Assembly: GCA_964016885.1 (NCBI GenBank)
Contig: OZ024744.1
Location: 115,010,001-115,074,000 of the forward strand
DNA length: 64,000 bases
Reading direction: 5' to 3'
DNA from: Eledone cirrhosa
Taxonomy: Eukaryota
The notes beneath the pieces were generated by a model. It saw nothing but the letters and a program-made list of their open reading frames with translations. It was not told the DNA's origin and did no database searches. Shown here piece by piece: positions 1 through 10,355 of this stretch. The position numbers and the translations under genes are program-made. How positions within the stretch are numbered: position 1 is the stretch's first letter; every line of letters starts with the position of its first letter.

Positions 1-3000
1 GTTGGTGTTGTCATCATTTCTGTTGTCTGACTTGTCGCTGTTGCTGCTGCGGTTGGTGTTGTCATCATTTCTGTTGTCTGACCTGTCGCTGTTGCTGCTG
101 CAGTTGGTGTTGTCATTGTTTCTGTTGTCTGTCTTGTCGCTGTTGCTGCTGTGGTTGGTGTTGTCATTGTTTCTGTTGTCTGACTTGTTGCTGTTGCTGC
201 TGCAGTTGGTGTTGTCATTGTTTCTGTTGTCTGACCTGTCGCTGTTGCTGCTGTGGTTGGTGTTGTCATCATTTCTGTTGTCTGTCTTGTCGCTGTTGCT
301 GCTGCGGTTGGTGTTGTCATCATTTCTGTTGTCTGACTTGTCGCTGTTGCTGCTGCGGTTGGTGTTGTCATCGTTTCTGTTGTCTGACTTGTCGCTGTTG
401 CTGCTGCGGTTGGTGTTGTCATCATTTCTGTTGTCTGTCTTGTCGCTGTTGCTGCTGCGGTTGGTGTTGTCATCATTTCTGTTGTCTGACCTGTCGCTGT
501 TGCTGCTGCGGTTGGTGTTGTCATCATTTCTGTTGTCTGACTTGTCGCTGTTGCTGCTGCGGTTGGTGTTGTCATCGTTTCTGTTGTCTGACTTGTCGCT
601 GTTGCTGCTGCGGTTGGTGTTGTCATCATTTCTGTTGTCTGAGTTGTCGCTGTTGCTGCTGCGGTTGGTGTTGTCATCATTTCTGTTGTCTGTCTTGTCG
701 CTGTTGCTGCTGCGGTTGGTGTTGTCATAATTTCTGTTGTCTGACCTGTCGCTGTTGCTGCTGCGGTTGGTGTTGTCATCATTTCTGTTGTCTGTCTTGT
801 CGCTGTTGCTGCTGCGGTTGGTGTTGTCATCGTTTCTGTTGTCTGTCTTGTCGCTGTTGCTGCTGCGGTTGGTGTTGTCATCATTTCTGTTGTCTGACTT
901 GTCGCTGTTGCTGCTGCGGTTGGTGTTGTCATCATTTCTGTTGTCTGACTTGTCGCTGTTGCTGCTGCGGTTGGTGTTGTCATCGTTTCTGTTGTCTGAC
1001 CTGTCGCTGTTGCTGCTGCGGTTGGTGTTGTCATAATTTCTGTTGTCTGTCTTGTCGCTGTTGCTGCTGCGGTTGGTGTTGTCATCGTTTCTGTTGTCTG
1101 ACCTGTCGCTGTTGCTGCTGCGGTTGGTGTTGTCATCATTTCTGTTGTCTGTCTTGTCGCTGTTGCTGCTGCGGTTGGTGTTGTCATCGTTTCTGTTGTC
1201 TGACTTGTCGCTTTTGCTGCTGCGGTTGGTGTTGTCATCATTTCTGTTGTCTGACTTGTCGCTGTTGCTGCTGCGGTTGGTGTTGTCATCATTTCTGTTG
1301 TCTGACTTGTCGCTGTTGCTGCTGCGGTTGGTGTTGTCATCATTTCTGTTGTCTGACCTGTCGCTGTTGCTGCTGCGGTTGGTGTTGTCATAATTTCTGT
1401 TGTCTGTCTTGTCGCTGTTGCTGCTGCGGTTGGTGTTGTCATCGTTTCTGTTGTCTGTCTTGTCGCTGTTGCTGCTGCGGTTGGTGTTGTCATCGTTTCT
1501 GTTGTCTGACCTGTCGCTGTTGCTGCTGCGGTTGGTGTTGTCATCATTTCTGTTGTCTGTCTTGTCGCTGTTGCTGCTGCGGTTGGTGTTGTCATCGTTT
1601 CTGTTGTCTGACTTGTCGCTGTTGCTGCTGCGGTTGGTGTTGTCATCGTTTCTGTTGTCTGACTTGTCGCTGTTGCTGCTGCGGTTGGTGTTGTCATCAT
1701 TTCTGTTGTCTGACTTGTCGCTGTTGTTGCTGCGGTTGGTGTTGTCATCATTTCTGTTGTCTGACTTGTCGCTGTTGCTGCTGCGGTTGGTGTTGTCATC
1801 ATTTCTGTTGTCTGACTTGTCGCTGTTGTTGCTGCGGTTGGTGTTGTCATCATTTCTGTTGTCTGACCTGTCGCTGTTGCTGCTGCGGTTGGTGTTGTCA
1901 TTGTTTCTGTTGTCTGACTTGTCGCTGTTGCTGCTGCGGTTGGTGTTGTCATCGTTTCTGTTGTCTGACTTGTCGCTGTTGCTGCTGCGGTTGGTGTTGT
2001 CATCGTTTCTGTTGTCTGACTTGTCGCTGTTGCTGCTGCGGTTGGTGTTGTCATCATTTCTGTTGTCTGACTTGTCGCTGTTGTTGCTGCGGTTGGTGTT
2101 GTCATCATTTCTGTTGTCTGACTTGTCGCTGTTGCTGCTGCGGTTGGTGTTGTCATCATTTCTGTTGTCTGACTTGTCGCTGTTGCTGCTGCGGTTGGTG
2201 TTGTCATCATTTCTGTTGTCTGACCTGTCGCTGTTGCTGCTGCGGTTGGTGTTGTCATTGTTTCTGTTGTCTGACTTGTCGCTGTTGCTGCTGCGGTTGG
2301 TGTTGTCATCATTTCTGTTGTCTGACCTGTCGCTGTTGCTGCTGCGGTTGGTGTTGTCATTGTTTCTGTTGTCTGACTTGTCGCTGTTGCTGCTGCGGTT
2401 GGTGTTGTCATCATTTCTGTTGTCTGACTTGTCGCTGTTGTTGCTGCGGTTGGTGTTGTCATCATTTCTGTTGTCTGACTTGTCGCTGTTGCTGCTGCGG
2501 TTGGTGTTGTCATTGTTTCTGTTGTCTGACTTGTCGCTGTTGCTGCTGCGGTTGGTGTTGTCATCATTTCTGTTGTCTGACTTGTCGCTGTTGTTGCTGC
2601 GGTTGGTGTTGTCATCATTTCTGTTGTCTGACTTGTCGCTGTTGTTGCTGCGGTTGGTGTTGTCATCATTTCTGTTGTCTGACCTGTCGCTGTTGCTGCT
2701 GCGGTTGGTGTTGTCATTGTTTCTGTTGTCTGACTTGTCGCTGTTGCTGCTGCGGTTGGTGTTGTCATCATTTCTGTTGTCTGACTTGTCGCTGTTGTTG
2801 CTGCGGTTGGTGTTGTCATCATTTCTGTTGTCTGACTTGTCGCTGTTGCTGCTGCGGTTGGTGTTGTCATTGTTTCTGTTGTCTGACTTGTCGCTGTTGC
2901 TGCTGCGGTTGGTGTTGTCATCATTTCTGTTGTCTGACTTGTCGCTGTTGCTGCTGCGGTTGGTGTTGTCATCATTTCTGTTGTCTGACTTGTCGCTGTT

Positions 3001-6000
3001 GCTGCTGCGGTTGGTGTTGTCATCATTTCTATTGTCTGACTTGTCGCTGTTGCTGCTGCGGTTGGTGTTGTCATCATTTCTGTTGTACGTCTTGTCGCTG
3101 TTGCTGCTGCGGTTGGTGTTGTCATCATTTCTGTTGTCTGACTTGTCGCTGTTGCTGCTGCGGTTGGTGTTGTCATCATTTCTGTTGTCTGACTTGTCGC
3201 TGTTGCTGCTGCGGTTGGTGTTGTCATTGTTTCTGTTGTCTGTCCTGTCGCTGTTGCTGCTGCGGTTGGTGTTGTCATCATTTCTGTTGTCTGACTTGTC
3301 GCTGTTGCTGCTGCGGTTGGTGTTGTCATCATTTCTGTTGTCTGACTTGTCGCTGTTGCTGCTGCGGTTGGTGTTGTCATCATTTCTGTTGTCTGACTTG
3401 TCGCTGTTGCTGCTGCGGTTGGTGTTGTCATTGTTTCTGTTGTCTGACTTGTCGCTGTTGCTGCTGCGGTTGGTGTTGTCATCATTTCTGTTGTCTGACT
3501 TGTCGCTGTTGCTGCTGCGGTTGGTGTTGTCATCATTTCTGTTGTCTGACTTGTCGCTGTTGCTGCTGCGGTTGGTGTTGTCATCATTTCTGTTGTCTGA
3601 CCTGTCGCTGTTGCTGCTGCAGTTGGTGTTGTCATTGTTTCTGTTGTCTGTCTTGTCGCTGTTGCTGCTGTGGTTGGTGTTGTCATTGTTTCTGTTGTCT
3701 GACTTGTTGCTGTTGCTGCTGCAGTTGGTGTTGTCATTGTTTCTGTTGTCTGACCTGTCGCTGTTGCTGCTGTGGTTGGTGTTGTCATCATTTCTGTTGT
3801 CTGTCTTGTCGCTGTTGCTGCTGCGGTTGGTGTTGTCATCATTTCTGTTGTCTGACTTGTCGCTGTTGCTGCTGCGGTTGGTGTTGTCATCGTTTCTGTT
3901 GTCTGACTTGTCGCTGTTGCTGCTGCGGTTGGTGTTGTCATCATTTCTGTTGTCTGTCTTGTCGCTGTTGCTGCTGCGGTTGGTGTTGTCATCATTTCTG
4001 TTGTCTGACCTGTCGCTGTTGCTGCTGCGGTTGGTGTTGTCATCATTTCTGTTGTCTGACTTGTCGCTGTTGCTGCTGCGGTTGGTGTTGTCATCGTTTC
4101 TGTTGTCTGACTTGTCGCTGTTGCTGCTGCGGTTGGTGTTGTCATCATTTCTGTTGTCTGAGTTGTCGCTGTTGCTGCTGCGGTTGGTGTTGTCATCATT
4201 TCTGTTGTCTGTCTTGTCGCTGTTGCTGCTGCGGTTGGTGTTGTCATAATTTCTGTTGTCTGACCTGTCGCTGTTGCTGCTGCGGTTGGTGTTGTCATCA
4301 TTTCTGTTGTCTGTCTTGTCGCTGTTGCTGCTGCGGTTGGTGTTGTCATCGTTTCTGTTGTCTGTCTTGTCGCTGTTGCTGCTGCGGTTGGTGTTGTCAT
4401 CATTTCTGTTGTCTGACTTGTCGCTGTTGCTGCTGCGGTTGGTGTTGTCATCATTTCTGTTGTCTGACTTGTCGCTGTTGCTGCTGCGGTTGGTGTTGTC
4501 ATCGTTTCTGTTGTCTGACCTGTCGCTGTTGCTGCTGCGGTTGGTGTTGTCATAATTTCTGTTGTCTGTCTTGTCGCTGTTGCTGCTGCGGTTGGTGTTG
4601 TCATCGTTTCTGTTGTCTGACCTGTCGCTGTTGCTGCTGCGGTTGGTGTTGTCATCATTTCTGTTGTCTGTCTTGTCGCTGTTGCTGCTGCGGTTGGTGT
4701 TGTCATCGTTTCTGTTGTCTGACTTGTCGCTGTTGCTGCTGCGGTTGGTGTTGTCATCATTTCTGTTGTCTGACTTGTCGCTGTTGCTGCTGCGGTTGGT
4801 GTTGTCATCATTTCTGTTGTCTGACTTGTCGCTGTTGCTGCTGCGGTTGGTGTTGTCATCATTTCTGTTGTCTGACCTGTCGCTGTTGCTGCTGCGGTTG
4901 GTGTTGTCATAATTTCTGTTGTCTGTCTTGTCGCTGTTGCTGCTGCGGTTGGTGTTGTCATCGTTTCTGTTGTCTGTCTTGTCGCTGTTGCTGCTGCGGT
5001 TGGTGTTGTCATCGTTTCTGTTGTCTGACCTGTCGCTGTTGCTGCTGCGGTTGGTGTTGTCATCATTTCTGTTGTCTGTCTTGTCGCTGTTGCTGCTGCG
5101 GTTGGTGTTGTCATCGTTTCTGTTGTCTGACTTGTCGCTGTTGCTGCTGCGGTTGGTGTTGTCATCGTTTCTGTTGTCTGACTTGTCGCTGTTGCTGCTG
5201 CGGTTGGTGTTGTCATCATTTCTGTTGTCTGACTTGTCGCTGTTGTTGCTGCGGTTGGTGTTGTCATCATTTCTGTTGTCTGACTTGTCGCTGTTGCTGC
5301 TGCGGTTGGTGTTGTCATCATTTCTGTTGTCTGACTTGTCGCTGTTGTTGCTGCGGTTGGTGTTGTCATCATTTCTGTTGTCTGACCTGTCGCTGTTGCT
5401 GCTGCGGTTGGTGTTGTCATTGTTTCTGTTGTCTGACTTGTCGCTGTTGCTGCTGCGGTTGGTGTTGTCATCGTTTCTGTTGTCTGACTTGTCGCTGTTG
5501 CTGCTGCGGTTGGTGTTGTCATCGTTTCTGTTGTCTGACTTGTCGCTGTTGCTGCTGCGGTTGGTGTTGTCATCGTTTCTGTTGTCTGACTTGTCGCTGT
5601 TGTTGCTGCGGTTGGTGTTGTCATCATTTCTGTTGTCTGACTTGTCGCTGTTGCTGCTGCGGTTGGTGTTGTCATCATTTCTGTTGTCTGACTTGTCGCT
5701 GTTGCTGCTGCGGTTGGTGTTGTCATCATTTCTGTTGTCTGACCTGTCGCTGTTGCTGCTGCGGTTGGTGTTGTCATTGTTTCTGTTGTCTGACTTGTCG
5801 CTGTTGCTGCTGCGGTTGGTGTTGTCATCATTTCTGTTGTCTGACCTGTCGCTGTTGCTGCTGCGGTTGGTGTTGTCATTGTTTCTGTTGTCTGACTTGT
5901 CGCTGTTGCTGCTGCGGTTGGTGTTGTCATCATTTCTGTTGTCTGACTTGTCGCTGTTGTTGCTGCGGTTGGTGTTGTCATCATTTCTGTTGTCTGACTT

Positions 6001-8230
6001 GTCGCTGTTGCTGCTGCGGTTGGTGTTGTCATTGTTTCTGTTGTCTGACTTGTCGCTGTTGCTGCTGCGGTTGGTGTTGTCATCATTTCTGTTGTCTGAC
6101 TTGTCGCTGTTGTTGCTGCGGTTGGTGTTGTCATCATTTCTGTTGTCTGACTTGTCGCTGTTGTTGCTGCGGTTGGTGTTGTCATCATTTCTGTTGTCTG
6201 ACCTGTCGCTGTTGCTGCTGCGGTTGGTGTTGTCATTGTTTCTGTTGTCTGACTTGTCGCTGTTGCTGCTGCGGTTGGTGTTGTCATTGTTTCTGTTGTC
6301 TGTCTTGTCGCTGTTGCTGCTGCGGTTGGTGTTGTCATCATTTCTGTTGTCTGACTTGTCGCTGTAGCTACTGCGGTTGGTGTTGTCATCATTTCTGTTG
6401 TCTGACTTGTCGCTGTTGTTGCTGCGGTTGGTGTTGTCATCATTTCTGTTGTCTGACTTGTCGCTGTTGTTGCTGCGGTTGGTGTTGTCATCATTTCTGT
6501 TGTCTGACTTGTCGCTGTTACTGCTGCGGTTGGTGTTGTCATCATTTCTGTTGTCTGACCTGTCGCTGTTGCTGCTGCGGTTGGTGTTGTCATTGTTTCT
6601 GTTGTCTGTCTTGTCGCTGTTGCTGCTGTGGTTGGTGTTGTCATCATTTCTGTTGTCTGACTTGTCGCTGTTGCTGCTGCGGTTGGTGTTGTCATCATTT
6701 CTGTTGTCTGTCTTGTCGCTGTTGCTGCTGCGGTTGGTGTTGTCATCATTTCTGTTGTCTGACTTGTCGCTGTTGCTGCTGCGGTTGGTGTTGTCATCAT
6801 TTCTGTTGTCTGTCTTGTCGCTGTTGCTGCTGCGGTTGGTGTTGTCATTGTTTCTGTTGTCTGACTTGTCGCTGTTGCTGCTGCGGTTGGTGTTGTCATC
6901 ATTTCTGTTGTCTGACCTGTCGCTGTTGCTGCTGCGGTTGGTGTTGTCATTGTTTCTGTTGTCTGACTTGTCGCTGTTGCTGCTGCGGTTGGTGTTGTCA
7001 TCATTTCTGTTGTCTGACTTGTCGCTGTTGCTGCTGCGGTTGGTGTTGTCATTGTTTCTGTTGTCTGTCTTGTCGCTGTTGCTGCTGTGGTTGGTGTTGT
7101 CATCATTTCTGTTGTCTGACTTGTCGCTGTTGCTGCTGCGGTTGGTGTTGTCATTGTTTCTGTTGTCTGACTTGTCGCTGTTGTTGCTGCGGTTGGTGTT
7201 GTCATTGTTTCTGTTGTCTGACTTGTCGCTGTTGTTGCTGCGGTTGGTGTTGTCATTGTTTCTGTTGTCTGTCTTGTCGCTGTTGCTGCTGCGGTTGGTG
7301 TTGTCATCATTTCTGTTGTCTGATTTGTCGCTGTTGCTGCTGTGGTTGGTGTTGTCATCATTTCTGTTGTCTGACTTGTCGCTGTTGCTGCTGCGGTTGG
7401 TGTTGTCATCATTTCTGTTGTCTGACCTGTCGCTGTTGTTGCTGCGGTTGGTGTTGTCATTGTTTCTGTTGTCTGACTTGTCGCTGTTGTTGGTGCGGTT
7501 GGTGTTGTCATTGTTTCTGTTGTCTGTCTTGTCGCTGTTGCTGCTGCGGTTGGTGTTGTCATCATTTCTGTTGTCTGATTTGTCGCTGTTGCTGCTGTGG
7601 TTGGTGTTGTCATCATTTCTGTTGTCTGTCTTGTCGCTGTTGCTGCTGCGGTTGGTGTTGTCATCATTTCTGTTGTCTGACTTGTCGCTGTTGCTGCTGC
7701 AGTTGGTGTTGTCATCATTTCTGTTGTCTGTCTTGTCGCTGTTGCTGCTGCGGTTGGTGTTGTCATCGTTTCTGTTGTCTGTCTTGTCGCTGTTGCTGCT
7801 GCGGTTGGTGTTGTCATCGTTTCTGTTGTCTGTCTTGTCGCTGTTGCTGCTGCGGTTGGTGTTGTCATTGTTTCTGTTGTCTGTCTTGTCGCTGTTGCTG
7901 CTGCGGTTGGTGTTGTCATCATTTCTGTTGTCTGTCTTGTCGCTGTTGCTGCTGCGGTTGGTGTTGTCATCATTTCTGTTGTCTGACTTGTCGCTGTTGC
8001 TGCTGCGGTTGGTGTTGTCATCATTTCTGTTGTCTGTCTTGTCGCTGTTGCTGCTGCGGTTGGTGTTGTCATCGTTTCTGTTGTCTGTCTTGTCGCTGTT
8101 GCTGCTGCGGTTGGTGTTGTCATCGTTTCTGTTGTCTGTCTTGTCGCTGTTGCTGCTGCGGTTGGTGTTGTCATTGTTTCTGTTGTCTGTCTTGTCGCTG
8201 TTGCTGCTGCGGTTGGTGTTGTCATCATTT
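1..8230. repeat. 51-bp tandem array, ~161 units, runs off the window start
   Basis: Unit gttggtgttgtcatcatttctgttgtctgacttgtcgctgttgctgctgcg. Phase is preserved from 1 to 8161 (exact multiple of 51); only substitutions were seen. Confidence 0.98.
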
Positions 8231-8366
8231 TAATATTATTGTTGTCAGTATTGGTGTTGCTGCTGCAGCTGCTCATGCTGCTTGTGGTGATGTTGCTAAA
8301 TGTATTTCTAGTATTATTCATTGTGTTTGCCGCTTCCCTCCTCTCAATATTTAAGTCTGCTGTCAT
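3..8366 (-). CDS. Putative mucin-like Thr/Ala-rich repeat ORF (>=2788 codons, no stop in window); coding status unproven
   Basis: ATG at 8366-8364: MTADLNIERREAANTMNNTRNTFS...IKMM followed by (TTPTAAATATSQTTEMM)n. The unit variants I checked remain sense codons. No signal peptide; the T-poor strand makes stops unlikely anyway. Confidence 0.25.
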   Translation of the reverse strand, partial: MTADLNIERREAANTMNNTRNTFSNITTSSMSSCSSNTNTDNNNIKMMTTPTAAATATRQTTETMTTPTAAATATRQTTETMTTPTAAATATRQTTETMTTPTAAATATRQTTEMMTTPTAAATATSQTTEMMTTPTAAATATRQTTEMMTTPTAAATATRQTTETMTTPTAAATATRQTTETMTTPTAAATATRQTTETMTTPTAAATATRQTTEMMTTPTAAATATSQTTEMMTTPTAAATATRQTTEMMTTPTTAATATNQTTEMMTTPTAAATATRQTTETMTTPTAPTTATSQTTETMTTPTAATTATGQTTEMMTTPTAAATATSQTTEMMTTPTTAATATNQTTEMMTTPTAAATATRQTTETMTTPTAATTATSQTTETMTTPTAATTATSQTTETMTTPTAAATATSQTTEMMTTPTTAATATRQTTETMTTPTAAATATSQTTEMMTTPTAAATATSQTTETMTTPTAAATATGQTTEMMTTPTAAATATSQTTETMTTPTAAATATRQTTEMMTTPTAAATATSQTTEMMTTPTAAATATRQTTEMMTTPTAAATATSQTTEMMTTPTTAATATRQTTETMTTPTAAATATGQTTEMMTTPTAAVTATSQTTEMMTTPTAATTATSQTTEMMTTPTAATTATSQTTEMMTTPTAVATATSQTTEMMTTPTAAATATRQTTETMTTPTAAATATSQTTETMTTPTAAATATGQTTEMMTTPTAATTATSQTTEMMTTPTAATTATSQTTEMMTTPTAAATATSQTTETMTTPTAAATATSQTTEMMTTPTAATTATSQTTEMMTTPTAAATATSQTTETMTTPTAAATATGQTTEMMTTPTAAATATSQTTETMTTPTAAATATGQTTEMMTTPTAAATATSQTTEMMTTPTAAATATSQTTEMMTTPTAATTATSQTTETMTTPTAAATATSQTTETMTTPTAAATATSQTTETMTTPTAAATATSQTTETMTTPTAAATATGQTTEMMTTPTAATTATSQTTEMMTTPTAAATATSQTTEMMTTPTAATTATSQTTEMMTTPTAAATATSQTTETMTTPTAAATATSQTTETMTTPTAAATATRQTTEMMTTPTAAATATGQTTETMTTPTAAATATRQTTETMTTPTAAATATRQTTEIMTTPTAAATATGQTTEMMTTPTAAATATSQTTEMMTTPTAAATATSQTTEMMTTPTAAATATSQTTETMTTPTAAATATRQTTEMMTTPTAAATATGQTTETMTTPTAAATATRQTTEIMTTPTAAATATGQTTETMTTPTAAATATSQTTEMMTTPTAAATATSQTTEMMTTPTAAATATRQTTETMTTPTAAATATRQTTEMMTTPTAAATATGQTTEIMTTPTAAATATRQTTEMMTTPTAAATATTQTTEMMTTPTAAATATSQTTETMTTPTAAATATSQTTEMMTTPTAAATATGQTTEMMTTPTAAATATRQTTEMMTTPTAAATATSQTTETMTTPTAAATATSQTTEMMTTPTAAATATRQTTEMMTTPTTAATATGQTTETMTTPTAAATATSQTTETMTTPTTAATATRQTTETMTTPTAAATATGQTTEMMTTPTAAATATSQTTEMMTTPTAAATATSQTTEMMTTPTAAATATSQTTETMTTPTAAATATSQTTEMMTTPTAAATATSQTTEMMTTPTAAATATSQTTEMMTTPTAAATATGQTTETMTTPTAAATATSQTTEMMTTPTAAATATSQTTEMMTTPTAAATATRRTTEMMTTPTAAATATSQTIEMMTTPTAAATATSQTTEMMTTPTAAATATSQTTEMMTTPTAAATATSQTTETMTTPTAAATATSQTTEMMTTPTAATTATSQTTEMMTTPTAAATATSQTTETMTTPTAAATATGQTTEMMTTPTAATTATSQTTEMMTTPTAATTATSQTTEMMTTPTAAATATSQTTETMTTPTAAATATSQTTEMMTTPTAATTATSQTTEMMTTPTAAATATSQTTETMTTPTAAATATGQTTEMMTTPTAAATATSQTTETMTTPTAAATATGQTTEMMTTPTAAATATSQTTEMMTTPTAAATATSQTTEMMTTPTAATTATSQTTEMMTTPTAAATATSQTTETMTTPTAAATATSQTTETMTTPTAAATATSQTTETMTTPTAAATATGQTTEMMTTPTAATTATSQTTEMMTTPTAAATATSQTTEMMTTPTAATTATSQTTEMMTTPTAAATATSQTTETMTTPTAAATATSQTTETMTTPTAAATATRQTTEMMTTPTAAATATGQTTETMTTPTAAATATRQTTETMTTPTAAATATRQTTEIMTTPTAAATATGQTTEMMTTPTAAATATSQTTEMMTTPTAAATATSQTTEMMTTPTAAAKATSQTTETMTTPTAAATATRQTTEMMTTPTAAATATGQTTETMTTPTAAATATRQTTEIMTTPTAAATATGQTTETMTTPTAAATATSQTTEMMTTPTAAATATSQTTEMMTTPTAAATATRQTTETMTTPTAAATATRQTTEMMTTPTAAATATGQTTEIMTTPTAAATATRQTTEMMTTPTAAATATTQTTEMMTTPTAAATATSQTTETMTTPTAAATATSQTTEMMTTPTAAATATGQTTEMMTTPTAAATATRQTTEMMTTPTAAATATSQTTETMTTPTAAATATSQTTEMMTTPTAAATATRQTTEMMTTPTTAATATGQTTETMTTPTAAATATSQTTETMTTPTTAATATRQTTETMTTPTAAATATGQTTEMMTTPTAAATATSQTTEMMTTP

Positions 8367-8624
8367 ACGACAGCAGACTTAAAGTTGGGGGGGCGTGGCT
8401 CAGCCATGTTTTTTTATTTCAAGAATTTTTTTTTCAATACAAGTTCAAATATTTAGACGAAAAGGCCCAAATATTACAGTCACCCCTTCACAGGGCAAAG
8501 ACGGAAGTCTTACAACCCTTTTCAAAGAATACAACAATTATTATAAATGAAAATAAACAGAAAATTTCCTACTTTTGTGGAGCTCCAAAAACACGTCTTT
8601 ACTGACAGCCAATAATAATAATAA

Positions 8625-8713
8625 TAATTGTTTCTACGTTAGGCACAAGGCCAGCAAATACCCAGTGCATTACTGGTACTTTATTTAATCGACCCCGTCA
8701 GGATGAAAGGCAA

Positions 8714-8756
<43 letters not shown>

Positions 8757-8936
8757 TGTTTCTACTTTAGGCACAAGGCCAGCAATTACCCAGTGCATTA
8801 CTGGTACTTTATTTAATCGACCCCGTAAGGATGAAAGGCAAAGTCAACCTCGGCGGTATTTGAACTCAGATCGTAAAGGGACGTAAATATGCTGGAAAGC
8901 ATGGCGTCCGACCCTCTACTGATACTGCCAATCCAC
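8625..8936 (-). mobile_element. tRNA-derived SINE family A (copy 8755-8936 plus duplicated 3' part 8625-8718), (AAT)n tail
   Basis: Minus-strand B-box-like gagttcaaatacc followed by gccgaggttgactttgcctttcatccttacggggtcga core (resembles the Nin-type SINE domain). Recurs at five other sites in the window. Confidence 0.85.
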
Positions 8937-9671
8937 AATGGTTTCTTTATTGGCCACAAGGGTGAACATGAAGAAAAACATTAGAGACGGCACAGAACGG
9001 TTCAGGATGATACAAAGTGGAGTTTGGCCATGTAAAAAGGTTATAACAAGAAGATAGAAATATCAAAGAAATTCAAGCAACAAAAATTCCCCAAAAGGGG
9101 TCACTCGTGATGAAAACCACACAAAAGACCACGTCCATCCTGACCACCAGGGCAAGCGACTTCTCTTAGTTTTCCCACTCCTCAGTCTATAGGCGCATAC
9201 TCAGAGTGGGCCCGTTCACTCGGACCAGACTCGCCACTTTCACCCACCTTTCAACAAACTTACTAGAAGACAACACTTGCCTCTCTACCCTGATTTTCCT
9301 CTTCAAGTGAAACTTGAAAAAGTTAATCAGGGATTGGCCGGAGAGGAAAGTGTTCATCTTCAACCCTTTCAACCTTGTCCACCATACAATCTCTTATTCA
9401 CCATGGCCACCAGGCAGATGAAATCTGCTTGCCCTTCCTCCTCTTTAAAGGAGGATGGCAGGGCTATCTGCACAATGGATCCATCCTACACGTGACAGCA
9501 ACTGTTCGACATAGCCCCACAAGTCAGCAATTCTCGGATACTAAACGAGTGTGTGCAGGACGGTTTCGTCGCACTGCAGGATTCTCGGACAGGCTCGGCT
9601 GACGGTTTTTCCATGCCTGTAGAGCTTATCCCGAACCAACAACACTCCCCGGTAGCAATGACAGGCCAGGG
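8937..9671 (-). mobile_element. 5'-truncated L1/Tx1-clade LINE 3' end
   Basis: ORF 9187-9372 (LINFFKFHLKRKIRVER...) matches the ORF2 C-terminus at 43802-44434. 3'UTR is shared with 38690-38816. AATAAA on the minus strand near 8950. Confidence 0.85.
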
Positions 9672-9728
9672 TTAGGGTTAGGGTTAGGGTTAGGGTTAGG
9701 GTTAGGGTTAGGGTTAGGGTTAGGGTTA
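9668..9728 (+). repeat. Interstitial telomeric repeat AGGG(TTAGGG)9TTA
   Basis: Nine perfect TTAGGG units at 9672-9725. Confidence 0.97.
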
Positions 9729-9824
9729 ATTGAGGAGATGGGAGTCTGTCTTTCCTTTGTTTTTTCCATTGTTTTTGTCCTGTGTGCTTCCTATACTGAA
9801 TTTATATATATATATATATATATC

Positions 9825-10308
9825 ATCATAATCATCATCATCATTTTACGTCCGCTTTTCCCTGCTTGCAAGGGTGGGACGGGTCTTATTCAGCACAGCA
9901 TCTCTCCACTCGTCACGGTTCCTCGTCATCTCCACCGTGAGCTTCAATGATCTGAGGTCTGTTCTCACCACCTCTGCTCATGTTTTTCGTGGTCTACCTC
10001 TACGTCTTCCTTCAACTGGCATTTCCTGGCACTTCTTCACCCATCGGTCATCCTCCATGCGCATCACATGTCCATACCACCTCAGTCTTCTCTCCCGTAC
10101 ACTACATTCTATCCCTCTCAGACACAGTTTCTCTCTCAACACATTTATGCTGGGTCCTTCACGCACATTTACACTGCACATCCAACGGAGCATGCTTGCC
10201 TCATTTCTCTCCAGCCGTCGCATATCCTCTGCGGTTGCTGCCCATGTCTCACTACCATGGAGCATCGCGCTCCTCACACAGGCATCATACAACCGGCCTT
10301 TCGTACGA
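9825..10308 (-). mobile_element. RTE-clade LINE 3' fragment with (GAT)n tail
   Basis: ORF 9978-10388 has MLHGSETW, RRLRWYGHV and RGRPRKT motifs typical of the RTE ORF C-terminus. Confidence 0.9.
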
Positions 10309-10355
10309 TATATATATATATCAGGATAGAACCAGTTTGAAACTAGTAAGATCAT

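Noticed and set aside
2-8233. Long Leu/Ser/Val-rich plus-strand ORFs
   Set aside because: Translations of the 51-bp repeat with TTG starts, interrupted by stop-creating variants; no unique sequence.
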